This document shows, piece after piece, positions 51,601-64,000 of a stretch of DNA of 64,000 nt. Below the pieces are notes generated by a model. It was not told where the DNA came from. It ran no database searches and worked only from the letters and a program-made list of their open reading frames with translations. How positions within the stretch are numbered: the first letter of the stretch is position 1; every line of letters begins with the position of its first letter. The position numbers were made by a program, and so were the translations under genes. Source of the DNA: Balanoglossus misakiensis (taxonomy: Eukaryota; Animalia; Hemichordata). Where the stretch lies: NCBI GenBank assembly GCA_040954595.2, contig CM082595.2, positions 8,042,317-8,106,316 on the forward strand, read 5' to 3'.

Positions 51601-54600
51601 AGAGCAGATATGCTTATTGCTATGTTGCTATGTGCTATGTTGGCTTGGGCCCGCTATTGCTGCTTGCAGCTATATTCTTCTTCTTCTTCTTCTTCTTGTG
51701 CCGTTTTTTTCGTCAAGTAGATCTTGAAATCGGCTGAACCTACAAATCTAAAACTTGGCACAATGGTGCAGGCCTATGAGAGCTTGAGCTGTACCCTTGT
51801 GAATGTTTAATTAGTCATGTGACCTGATGACCATATATGGGCAAAATTTTCAAATCGGCCTTATTTGCATATGCATGAAGATATCAAAATTCTTTTAGCA
51901 ACTTTTACGGACCATATGGCCAGGGTTCTACATGCCAAATGTCAAGGCCATAGGCCTTGTCAGTTTTGAGAAGAAGATGTTTAAGTATTATTTTTCATAT
52001 TTTTCACCCAAGCCATGGGCCTATACTTTCCATAGTAAAGCTATGACCACATACTATTTTGGATAAATATGCATACATATCTCAAAATCTGTTAGGCCAA
52101 TCATCTCCAACTTTGGTGTGCAGCTAGCCTAGCATATGTCAATAATTTTAAGCGAAAAAAAATAATATGAAAAATCGACCGATTTTTTTATATTAATTTT
52201 TTTATTAAATTTATACCTTTACTTATACCTCTATGGTTAAGCTATGTCCATGTCTTATTGTGGAATTCTGGTTTGTGCAATAGTCCTGTACAGTGACTGT
52301 CTATTGGTCAGTGAGCACAATGGCACCAAAATAAAAGGCACAATTTTAGGCTCACCTGTAACACCTGCTTAACTCATTAATTATGTGCATACCTAATTCT
52401 GGGTTAACTAAGAGGGCTATAGGTTTCGTTCTTGTGGGACATGGACCAGTATAGGGTCAAAATTTCTTGCCCAAATTTTGGGTGACCTCAGGCGACCTTT
52501 GACCTACTTGCCTATATTTCGGCATCTAGAGCAGGTACAGACTTGGTGTTTGGAGGTTTGGGACTAAAATTGAAAAGCCAAAATGGGGGTCACCTGTGAC
52601 ACCTGCATATCTCATTAATTATGTGCATACCTAATTCCAGGCTAACCAATAGGGCTATAGGTTTGGTTTTTGTTGCACATAAACCAGTATAGGGTCAAAA
52701 TTTCTTGCCCAAATTGTGCATGACCTCAGGTGACCTTTGACCTACTTTACCATATCTCGGCATCCAGAGCAGGTACAGACTTGGCGTTTGGAGGGTTGGG
52801 ACTAAAATTGAAAAGCCAAAATTGGGGGTCACCTGTGACACCTACCTACCTCATTAATTATGTGCTTACCTAACTCCAGGCTAACCAATAGGGCTATAGG
52901 TTTGGTTTTTGTTGAACATTGACCAGTATAGGGTCAAAATTTCTTGCCCAAATTTTGTATGACCTCAGGTGACCTTTGACCTACTTTACCATATCTTGGC
53001 ATCCAGAGCAGGTACAGACTTGGCGTTTGGAGGGTTGGGACTAAAATTGAAAAGGCAACACTGGGGGTCACCTGTGACACCCGCCTACCTCATTAATTAT
53101 GTGCATACCTAATTCCAGGCTAACCAATAGGGTTATAGGTTTGGTTTTTGTTGAACATGGACCAGTATAGGGTCAAAATTTCTTGCCCAAATTTTGCATG
53201 AACACAGGTGACCTTTGACCTACTTTACCATATCTTGGCATCCAGAGCAGATATGCTTATTGCTATGTTGCTATGTGCTATGTTGGCTTGGGCCCGCTAT
53301 TGCTGCTTGCAGCTATATTTACGGGCCCAAGCCAAGCCAGGCTTGGGCCCGTATTGGTTTCGTTGGGGTTTTTTACGGGCCCAAGCCAAGCCAGGCTTGG
53401 GCCCGTATTGGTTTCGTTGGAATTTTACTTTCTTTCTTTCTTTCTTTCTTTCTTTATTCTTGTGTCAATTCTTTGACCCACGAGATCTCAGACACCGCTG
53501 CAGGTACACTTCTGAAACTTGCTACAGTGGTCAAGGTCAATGAGTAGTCGTGCATTGAACCCTTGAATTTTTAATTAGTCACGTGACCTGGCGGCCATCT
53601 TGGATTTTCTGAAAAAATGCAAATCTCAGATCTCAGAAACTACAAGTCAGATCGACTTCAAATTTGGCATGCTGGTAGACTACCTTCTGCCCATCATTTT
53701 TGTAATTGGAAATTATGCTGACAAAGTTGCAGTTTTTTGCTACAATTTTTTTTCTGAAATCTGGCTTAAATTTCAAAAATCTTCTTCTCCAGAACCGGTG
53801 ATAACCGAGACACAGGGTTTGGTGTATGTGGTCACCTAACTGATGTCTATCAAGTTTGCGAAGATCATTGTGATTGGTCGAAGATTATGGCGGCCATATT
53901 GGATTTTCGAAAAACCCTAGTAAAATTTCAAAAATCTTCTTCTCAAGAACCGGCGATAAACGAGTCACAAGATTTGGTGTGTGTGGTCATTAAAAAGATG
54001 TCTATCAAGTTTGCTAAGAAGAATGTGATTGGTCGAAGATTATGGCGGCCATATTGGATTTTGTGAAAAACCATTAAAAAGTAAAAATTCCCTTTCTGGC
54101 CTAAAAATTGATAGCACATAAATTCTTTTTAAGGATATGAATCATCATATGACAAGAATAAGCTATAAATATTTTGGTAATTTTGACAATGACCTTTGAC
54201 CTACTTTTGACGCATCCTTTTTCTGCATATCTAATTCCAGGCTAACCAATAGGGCTATAAGTTTGGTTTTTGATGTATGTGGATTTGTATGTGATCAAAA
54301 AATTTTGATACTTTTCATGACCCCTTTGACCTCTGCTGACCTCATTACATATGCACATACCTAATTACAGATGAACCAATAGACCTAGAGATTTTGTTTT
54401 TGTTATACATGGACCACTATGGGGTCAAAATATTTTGCCCAAATGTTGGGTGACCTCGGGTGACCTTTGACCTACTTTTCCATATCTTGACATCCACAGC
54501 AGATACAGCCTTGGCGTTTGGAGGTATGGGGCCATAATGAAAAGCCAAAGTTTTTGGTCACCTGTGACACCTGCTTAACTCATTATTTATGTGCATACCT

Positions 54601-57600
54601 AATTACGGGCTAACCAAAAGGGCTAGAGATCTGGTTTTTGTTGAACATGGACCACTATGGGTCAAAATTTTCTGCCCAAATTGTGGGTGACCTCTGGGTG
54701 ACCTTTGACCTACTTAACACTATATCAACACCAAACATAGATATAAACTTGATATTTCATGGGATAAAACACAGCATTATGTTTCTACTCATTAATTATG
54801 TGCATATCTAATAATCAGATCAGATAATAGAGCTTGGGCCCGGACAATGCTGCTTGCAGCTTTAATCTTTCTTTCTTTCTTTCTTTATTCTTGGTTCATT
54901 TCTTTCGCGCTCTAGATCTCAGACACCGCTGCAGGTACAGTTCTCAAACTTGCTACAGTGGTCAAGGACAATGAGTAGATGTGCAGTGACTTGTGAATAC
55001 TTAATTAGTCACGTGACATGGCGGCCATATTGGATTTTCTGAAAAAATGCAAATCTCAGATCTCAGAAACTACAAGTCAGATCGACTTCAGATTTGGCGT
55101 GCTGGTAGTATACCCTCTGCCCATCATTCTTGTAATTGGATATTTTGCTGTCAATGTTGCAGTTTTTTTGCTACAGTTGTTTTTCTGAAATCTGGTCAAA
55201 ATTTCAAAAATCTTCTTCTCCAGAACCAGCGATAACCGAGTCACGCCGTTTGGGTTATGTGGTCACCTAACTGATGTCTATCAAGTTTGCGAAGATCATT
55301 GTGATTGGTCAAAGATTATGGCGGCCATATTGAATTTTCGAAAAACCATAGTAAAACTTCAAAAATCTTCTTCTCCAGAACGGGCGATAACCGAGTCACA
55401 AGATTTGGTGTGTGTGGTCATTAAACGGATGTCTATCAAGTTTGCGAAGGGGAATGTGATTGGTTGAAGATTATGGCGGCCATATTGGATTTTGTGAAAA
55501 ACGATTAAAAAGTAAAAATTCCTTTTCTAGCCTAAAAATTGATAGCACAGAAATTCTTTTTATGGATATGAATCATCATATGACAAGAATAAGCTATAAA
55601 TATTTTGGTAATTTTGGCAATGACCTTTGACCTACTTTTGACGCATCATTTTTCTGCATATCTAATTCCAGGCTAACCTTTAAGGCTATCATTTTGGTTT
55701 TTGATGTATGTGGATTTGTATGTGATCAAAAAATTTTGCTACTTTTCATGACCCCTTTGACCTCTGCTGACCTCATTAAATATGCACATACCTAATTACA
55801 GATGAACCAATAGACCTAGAGGTTTTGTTTTTGTTATACATGGACCAGTATGGGGTCAAAATATTTTGCCCAAATGTTGGGTGACCTCGGGTGACCTTTG
55901 ACCTACTTAACACTATATCAGCATCAGATCAGATAATAGAGCTTGGGCCCGGACAATGCTGCTTGCAGCTTTAATTAGGGCCCAAGCCCAGCAGGCTTGG
56001 GCCCTATTGGTATTACTGGCTTTTTAGGGCCCAAGCCCAGCAGGCTTGGGCCCTATTGGTATTACTGGCTTTTTTTAGGGCCCAAGCCCAGCAGGCTTGG
56101 GCCCTATTGTTTTTACTGGAGTTTTTAGGGCCCAAGCGCATGCAGCGCTTGGGCCCTATTGGTATTATCCTGGTTTTTACGGGCCCAAGCCAAGCCAGGC
56201 TTGGGCCCGTATTGGTTTCGTTGGGGTTTTTCTTTCTTTCTTTCTTTCTTTCTTTCTTTATTCTTGGTTCATTTCTTTCGCGCGCTAGATCTCAGACACC
56301 GCTGCAGGTACAGTTCTCAAACTTGCTACAGTGGTCAAGGTCAATGAGTAGATGTGCAGTGACTTGTGAATACTTAATTAGTCACGTGACATGGCGGCCA
56401 TATTGGATTTTCTGAAAAAATGCAAATCTCAGATCTCAGAAACTACAAGTCAGATCGACTTCAGATTTGGTGTGCTGGTAGTATACCCTCTGCCCATCAT
56501 TTTTGTAATTGGATATTTTGCTGTCAATGTTGCAGTTTTTTTGCTACAGTTGTTTTTCTGAAATCTGGTCAAAATTTCAAAAATCTTCTTCTCCAGAACC
56601 GGCGATAACCGAGTCACGCCGTTTGGGGTATGTGGTCACCTAACTGATGTCTATCAAGTTTGCGAAGATCATTGTGATTGGTCGAAGATTATGGCGGCCA
56701 TATTGGATTTTCGAAAAACCATAGTAAAACTTCAAAAATCTTCTTCTCCAGAACGGGCGATGACTGAGTCACAAGATTTGGTGTGTGTGGTCATTAAACA
56801 GATGTCTATCAAGTTTGCGAAGGGGAATGTGATTGGTCGAAGATTATGGCGGCCATATTGGATTTTGTGAAAAACGATTAAAAAGTAAAAATTCCTTTTC
56901 TAGCCTAAACATTGATAGCACAGAAATTCTTTTTATTGATATGAATCATCATATGACAAGAATAAGCTATAAATATTTTGGTAATTTTGGCAATGACCTT
57001 TGACCTACTTTTGACAAATCATTTTTCTGCATATCTAATTCATGGCTAACCAATGGGGCTATAAGTTTGGTTTTTGATGTATGTGGATTTGTATGTGATC
57101 AAAAAATTTTGCTACTTTTCATGACCCTTTGACCTCTGGTGACCTCATTAAATATGCGCATACCTAATTAATGATGAACCAATAGACCTAGAGGTTTTGT
57201 TTTTGTTATACATGGACCAGTATGGGGTCAAAATATTTTGCCCAAATGTTGGGTGACCTCGGGTGACCTTTGACCTACTTTTGCATATCTTGACATCCAC
57301 ACCACATACAGCCTTGGCGTTTGGAGGTATGGGGCCATAATGAAAAGCCAAAGTTTTGAGTCACCTGTGACACCTGCTTTACTCATTATTTATGTGCATA
57401 CCTAATTCCGGGCTAACCAAAAGGGCTAGATGTCTGGTTTTTGTTTGACATGGACCACTATGGGTCAAAATTTTCTGCCCAAATTTTGGATGACCTCAGA
57501 TGACCTTTGACCTACTTTTGCATATATCGGCATCCAAAGCAGGTACAGCCTTGGCATTTGGAGGTATGGGGCCATAATGAAAAGCCAAAGTTTTGGGTCA

Positions 57601-60600
57601 CCTGTGACACCTGCTTTATGCATTATTTATGTGCATACCTAATTCCGGGCTAACCAAAAGGGCTAGAGGTCTGGTTTTTGTTGGACATGGACCACTGTTG
57701 GTCAAAATTTTCTGCCCAAATTGTGGGTGACCTCTGGGTGACCTTTGACCTACTTAACACTATATCAACAACAAACATAGATATAACCTTGATATTTCAT
57801 GGGGATAAAACACAGCATTATGTTTCAACTCATTAATTATGTGCATATCTAATAATCAGATCAGATAATAGAGCTTGGGCCCGGACAATGCTGCTTGCAG
57901 CTTTAATTCTTCTTTTTTTTCTTGTGTAGTTTTTTCGGCCAATAGGATCTTGAAAACGGCTGAACCTACAAATTTCAAACTTGGCAAAATGGTGCAGGCC
58001 TATGAGAGCTGGTGCAGTACCCTTGTGAATGTTTAATTAGTCATGTGACCTGTTGACCATATATGGGCAAAGTTTTCAAATGGGCCTAATTTGCATATGA
58101 ATTGAGATATCAAAATTCTGTTAGGATACTTTCTGGACCATGTGGTCAGTATCCAACATACCAAATATCAAGGCTGTGGGCCAAGTCTATTTTGAGAAGA
58201 AGACTTTTAAATATTATTAGTTTTTCATATTTTTGGACCAAGCCAAGGGCCTATACTTTCTATAGTTAAGCTATGACGCTATGTCCACGTCTGTGCAATG
58301 GTCCTGTACAGTGACTGTCTATTGGCCCGTGAGCAGAATGGGACCAAAATAAAAGGCAAAATTTTGGGCTCACCTGTAACACCTGCTTAACTCATTAATT
58401 ATGTGCATACCTAATTTTGGGCTAACTAATATGGCTAGATGTTTTGTTCTTGTGGAACCTGGACCAGTATGGGGTCAAAAAATTTTGCCCAAATTTTGGG
58501 TGACCTCAGGTGACCTTTGACCTACTTTCCTATATCTCTGCATTCAGAGCAGGTACAGACTTGGCGTTTGGAGGGTTGGGACTAAAATCGAAAAGCCAAA
58601 ATTGGGGGTCACCTGTGACACCTGCTTATCTCATTAATTATGTGCATACCTAATTCAGGGATAACTAATAGGGCTAGAGGTTTTGTTCTTATGGCACATG
58701 GACCAGTATAGGGTCAAAATTTTTTGCCCAAATTTTGGGTGACCTCAGGTGACCTTTGACCTACTTAACCATATCTCAGCATCCAGAGCAGGTACAGCCT
58801 TGGCGTTTGGAGGGATGGGTTGAAAATGAAAAGTGAAATTATTAAGTCACCTGTAACACCTGCTGAACTCATTAATTATGTGCATACCTTATTCCAGGCT
58901 AACCAATAGGGCTAGAGGTTTGATTTTTGTTGAACCTGGACCAGTATGGGGTCAAAATTTCTTGCCCATCTTTTGGGTGACGACATATGACCTTTGACCT
59001 TCGGCTTAAGCTTGGGCCCGTCATCGCTGCTTGCAGCTATATTTCTTTTTCTTCTTCTTCTTCTTCTTCTTCTGTCGTTTTTTCGGCCAGGTAGATCTGG
59101 AAAACGGCTAAACCTACCAATTTCAAACTTGGCACAATGGTGCAGGTCAATGAGAGCTAGTGCAGTACCCTTGTGAATGTTTAATTAGTCATGTGACCTG
59201 ATGACCATATATGGGCAAAATTTTCAAATTGGCCTTATTTGCATATGAATGGACATATCAAAATTCTTTTAGCAAGTTTTACGGACCATATGGCCAGGGT
59301 TCTACATGCCAAATGTCAAGGCCATAGGCCATGTCAATTTTGATAAGAAGATTTTTAAGTATTATTTTTCATATTTTTCGCCCAAGCCATGGGCCTATAC
59401 CTTACATAGTAAAGCTATGAACACATATTATTTTGGATAAATATGCATACATATCTCAAAATCTGTAAGGCCGATCATCTCCAACTTTGGTGTGCAGCAA
59501 GCCTAGCATTTGTCAATAATTTTAAGCAAAAAAAAATAATATGAAAAATCGACCGATTTTTTTATATTAATTTTTTTATTAAATTTATACCTTTACTTAT
59601 ACCTCTATGGTTAAGCTATGTCCATGACTTATTGTGGAATTCTGGTCAGTGCAATAGTCCTGTACAGTGAGTGTCTATTGGTCAGTGAGCACAATGGCAC
59701 CAAAAAAAAAAGGCAAAATTTTAGGCTCACCTGTAACACCTGCTTAACTCATTAATTATGTGCATACCTAATTCTGGGCTAACTAAGAGGGCTAGAGGTT
59801 TCGTTCTTGTGGGGCATGGACCAGTATAGGGTCAAAATTTCTTGCCCAAATTTGGGGTGACCTCAGGTGACCTTTGACCTACTTTCCTATATCTCGGCAT
59901 CCAGAGCAGGTACAGACTTGGCGTTTGGAGGGTTGGGACTAAAGTTGAAAAGCCAAAATAGGGGTCACCTGTGACACCTGCATATCTCATTAATTATGTG
60001 CATACCTAATTCCAGGCTAACCAATAGGGCTATAGGTTTGGTTTTTGTTGAACGTGGACCAGTATAGGGTCAAAATTTATTGCCCAAATTTTGCATGACC
60101 TCAGGTGACCTTTGACCTACTTTACCATATCTTGGCATCCAGAGCAGATACAGAATTGGCGTTTGGATGGTTGGGACTAAAATTGAAAAGCCAAATTGGG
60201 GGGTCACCTGTGACACCTGCCTACCTCATTAATTATGTGCATACCTAATTCCAGGCTAACCAATAGGGCTATAGGTTTGGTTTTTGATGAACATGGACCA
60301 GTATAGGGTCAACATTTCTCGCCCAAATTTTGCATGACCTCAGGTGACCTTTGACCTACTTTTCCATATCTTGGCATCCAGAGCAGATATGCTTATTGCT
60401 ATGTTGCTATGTGCTATGTTGGCTTGGGCCCGCCATTGCTGCTTGCAGCTATATTCTTCTACTTCTTCTTCTTTTTCTTCTTCTTCTGTCGTTTTCTTTG
60501 GCGAGGTAGATCTGGAAAACTGCTAAACCTACCAATTTCAAACTTGGCACAATGGTGCAGGCCAATGAGAGCTAGTGGAGTACCCTTGTGAATGTTAAAT

Positions 60601-63600
60601 TAGTCACGTGACCTGATGACCATATATGGGCAAAATTTCCAAATCGGCCTTATTTGCATATGAATGGAGATATCAAAATTCTTTTAGCAACTTTTGCGGA
60701 CCATGTGGTCAGTGTCCTACATGCCAAATGTCAAGGCCATTGGCCATTCCAATTTTGAGAAGAAGATTTTTAAGTATTATTTTTCATATTTTTTACCAAG
60801 CCATGGGCCTATACTTTCCATAGTAAAGCCATGACCACATATTATTTTGGATAAATATGCATACATATCACAAAATCTGTTAGGCCGATCATCTCCAACT
60901 TTGGTGTGCAGCTAGCCTAGCATTTGTCAATAATTTTAAGCGAAAAAAAATAGTATGAAAAATCGACCGATTTTTTTATATTAATTTTTTTATTAAATAA
61001 TACCTTTACTTATACCTCTATGGTTAAGCTATGTCCATGTCTTATTGTGGAATCCTGGTCTGTGCAATAGTCCTGTACAGTGACTGTCTATTGGTCGGTG
61101 AGCACAATGGCACCAAAATAAAAGGCACAATTTTAGGCTCACCTGTAACACCGGCTTAACTCATTAATTATGTGCATACCTAATTCTGGGCTAACTAAGA
61201 GGGCTAGAGGTTTCGTTCTTGTGGGACATGGACCAGTATAGGGTCAAAATTTCTTGCCCAAATTTTGGGTTACCTCAGGTGACCTTTGACCTACTTTCCT
61301 ATATCTTGGCATCCAGAGCAGGTACAGACTTGGCGTATGGAGGGTTGGGACTAAAATTGAAAAGCCAAAATGTGGGTCACCTGTGACACCTGCATATCTC
61401 ATTAATTATGTGCATACCTAATTCCAGGCTAACCAATAGGGCTATAGGTTTGGTTTTTGTTGAACATGGACCAGTATAGGGTCAAAATTTCTTGCCCAAA
61501 TTTTGTATGACCTCAGGTGACCTTTGACCTACTTTACCATATCTTGGCATCCAGAGTAGGTACAGAATTGGCATTTGGAGGGTTGGGACTAAAATTGAAA
61601 AGGCAACACTGGGGGTCACCTGTGACACCTGCCTACCTCATTAATTATGTGCATACCTAATTCCAGGGTAACCGATAGGGTTATAGGTTTGTTTTTTGTT
61701 GAACATGGACCAGTATAGGGTCAAAATTTCTTGCCCAAATTTTGCATGACCTCAGGTGACCTTTGACCTACTTAACCATATCTTGGCATCCAGAGTAGGT
61801 ACAGAATTGGCGTTTGGAGGGTTGGGACTAAAATTGAAAAGGCAACACTGGGGGTCACCTGTGACACCTGCCTACCTCATTAATTATGTACATACCTAAT
61901 TTCAGGCTAACCAATAGGGCTATAGGTTTGGTTTTTGTTGAACATGGACCAGTATAGGGTCAAAATTTCTTGCCCAAATTTTGCATGACCTCAGGTGACC
62001 TTTGACCTACTTAACCATATCTTGGCATCCAGAGCAGATATGCTTATTGCTATGTTGCTATGTGCTATGTTGGCTTGGGCCCGCTATTGCTGCTTGCAGC
62101 TATATTTTTAGGGCCCAAGCGCAAGCAAGCGCTTGGGCCCTATTGGTTTCGTTGGGGTTTTTCTGTCTTTCTTTCTTCTTTCTTTCTTTCTTTATTCTTG
62201 TGTCAATTCTTTGTCGCTCTAGATCTCAGAGACCACTGCAGGTACACTTCTGAAACTTGCTACAGTGGTCAAGGTCAATGAGTAGTCGTGCATTGAACCC
62301 TTGAATTTTTAATTAGTCACATGACCTGGCGGCCATCTTGGATTTTCTGAAAAAATGCAAATCTCAGATCTCAGAAACTACAAGTCAGATCGACTTCAAA
62401 TTTGGCGTGCAGGTAGACTACCTTCTGCCCATCATTTTTGTAATTGGAAATTATGCTGTCAATGTTGCAGTTTTTTTGCTACAATTTTTTTTCTGAAATC
62501 TGGTCAAAATTTCAAAAATCTTCTTCTCCAGAACCGGTGATAACCGAGACACGGGGTTTGGTGTATGTGGTCACCTAACTGATGTCTATCAACTTTGCGA
62601 AGATCATTGTGATTGGTCGAAGATTATGGCGGCCATATTGGATTTTCGAAAAACCATAGTAAAACTCAAAAAATCTTCTTCTCCAGAACGGGCGATAACT
62701 GAGTCGCAAGATTCGGGGAGTTTGGTCACTTCACTGATGTCTATCAAGTTTGCAAAGAGCATTGTGATTGGTCGAAGATTATGGCGGCCATATTGGATTT
62801 TGTAAAAAGCAGTGAAAAATTGAAATTCCTTTTCCTAGTCTAAAAATTGATAGCATACAAACTCTTTTATGGATATCAATCGTCATGTGACTAAAATATG
62901 TTACAATTTTTTGGCGATTTTTCACATGACCTTTGACCTACTTTTCACACGTTATTATTTTTGCATATCTATTTCCAGGCTAACCTATAGGGCTAGACGT
63001 TTGGTTTTTGATGCATGTGGATTAGTGTGTGATCAAAATATTTTGCTACTTTTCATGACCCCTTTGACCTCAGCTGACCTCATTAATTATGTACATAGCT
63101 AATTACAGGCGGACCAATAGAGCTAGAGGTTTGGTTTTTGTTGGACATGGACCAGTATGGGATCAAAATTTTTTGCCCAAATGTTGGGTGACCTCTGGTG
63201 ACCTTTGACCTACTTTCGCATATCTCAGCATCCAGAGCAGATACAGCCGTGGCATTTGGTAGGATGGGACCAAAATAAACAGCCACATTTTTGGGTCACC
63301 TGTGACACCTGCTGACCTTATTAAATATGCACATACCTAATTACAGGCGAACCAATAGAGCTAGAGTTTTGGTTTTTGTTGGACATGGACCAGTATGGGA
63401 TCAAAATTTTTTGCCCAAATGTTGGGTGACCTCTGGTGACCTTTGACCTACTTTCGCATATCTCAGCATCCAGAGCAGATACAGCCGTGGCATTTGGTAG
63501 GATGGGACCAAAATAAACAGCCAAATTTTTGGGTCACCTGTGACACCTGCTGACCTTATTAAATATGCACATACCTAATTACAGGCGAACCAATAGAGCT

Positions 63601-64000
63601 AGAGTTTTGGTTTTTGTTGGACATGGACCAGTATGGGTAAAAAAAAATTGCCCAAATGTTAGGTGACCTCAGCAGTAATACTACACACATCCTTGTTATG
63701 TCATGCGATAATACATCCGATAGAAAATTCTGTTTCTTCTCATTCATACTGTACATATATAATTCAAGATCAGCGCTTGGGCCCGACAATGCTGCTCGCA
63801 GCTTTAATCTTCTACTTCTTCTTCTTTTTCTTCTTCTGTCGTTTTCTTTGGCGAGGTAGATCTGGAAAACTGCTAAACCTAACAATTTCAAACTTGGCAC
63901 AATGGTGCAGGCCAATGAGAGCTAGTGCAGTACCCTTGTGAATGTTAAATTAGTCACGTGACCTGATGACCATATATGGGCAAAATTTCCAAATCGGCCT
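45601..64000 (+). mobile_element. Nested cluster of at least 15 non-autonomous Helentron-like (HINE/DINE-1-type) elements, two main families
   Basis: Each element has a 5' hairpin gggc(c/a)caagc..gcttg(g/t)gccc, a (TTC)n or (TTTC)n tract, a core, ~240-bp internal repeats, a 3' subterminal gcttgggccc and a terminal stem-loop gctgc-tt-gcagc; insertions are in T runs with no TSD. 15 heads and 12 tails lie in the window. Confidence 0.85.
47786..47959. mobile_element. 174-bp MITE flanked by TTAA (Kolobok-like AG...CT ends) inserted in a HINE body
   Basis: Perfect 16-bp TIR aggtatacggtcacct / aggtgaccgtatacct with ttaa on both sides; absent from sister HINE copies. Confidence 0.9.

Noticed and set aside
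55976-56228. Five ~50-bp palindromic units as a CRISPR-like array or terminators
   Set aside because: They are stacked 5' ends of nested elements, each matched by a downstream body
45480-63941. Many 60-120 aa ORFs in the nested cluster
   Set aside because: Recurring translations of hairpin heads, TTC tracts and element cores; no Rep (HUH) or helicase motifs, so the elements are non-autonomous

Overview
AT-rich eukaryotic (animal) genomic DNA, not prokaryotic. The repeat style suggests a marine invertebrate deuterostome such as a hemichordate, but that is an impression and is not proven. Almost all ORFs in the track are repeat artefacts. Three structures stand out. (1) A + strand series of paralogous short exons (about 10.3-25.4 kb, possibly ending near 30.3 kb) with no shared reading frame; neighbouring exons are complementary and fold after splicing into conserved, covarying hairpins. 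It lies just downstream of a 3x 1.64-kb tandem unit rich in promoter motifs. (2) An intact spliced - strand gene (CDS 41720-38406, about 274 aa, TATA+Inr promoter) encoding a stand-alone tandem OB-fold protein that resembles the mammalian HIN-200 domain. (3) From 45.6 kb to the window end, a last-in-first-out nest of at least 15 Helentron-type non-autonomous elements (HINE/DINE-1-like), each inserted just behind the 5' hairpin of another. The remainder comprises MITEs with TSDs, an Academ-like insertion, a foldback element, segmental duplications and 50-bp and 90-bp satellites.
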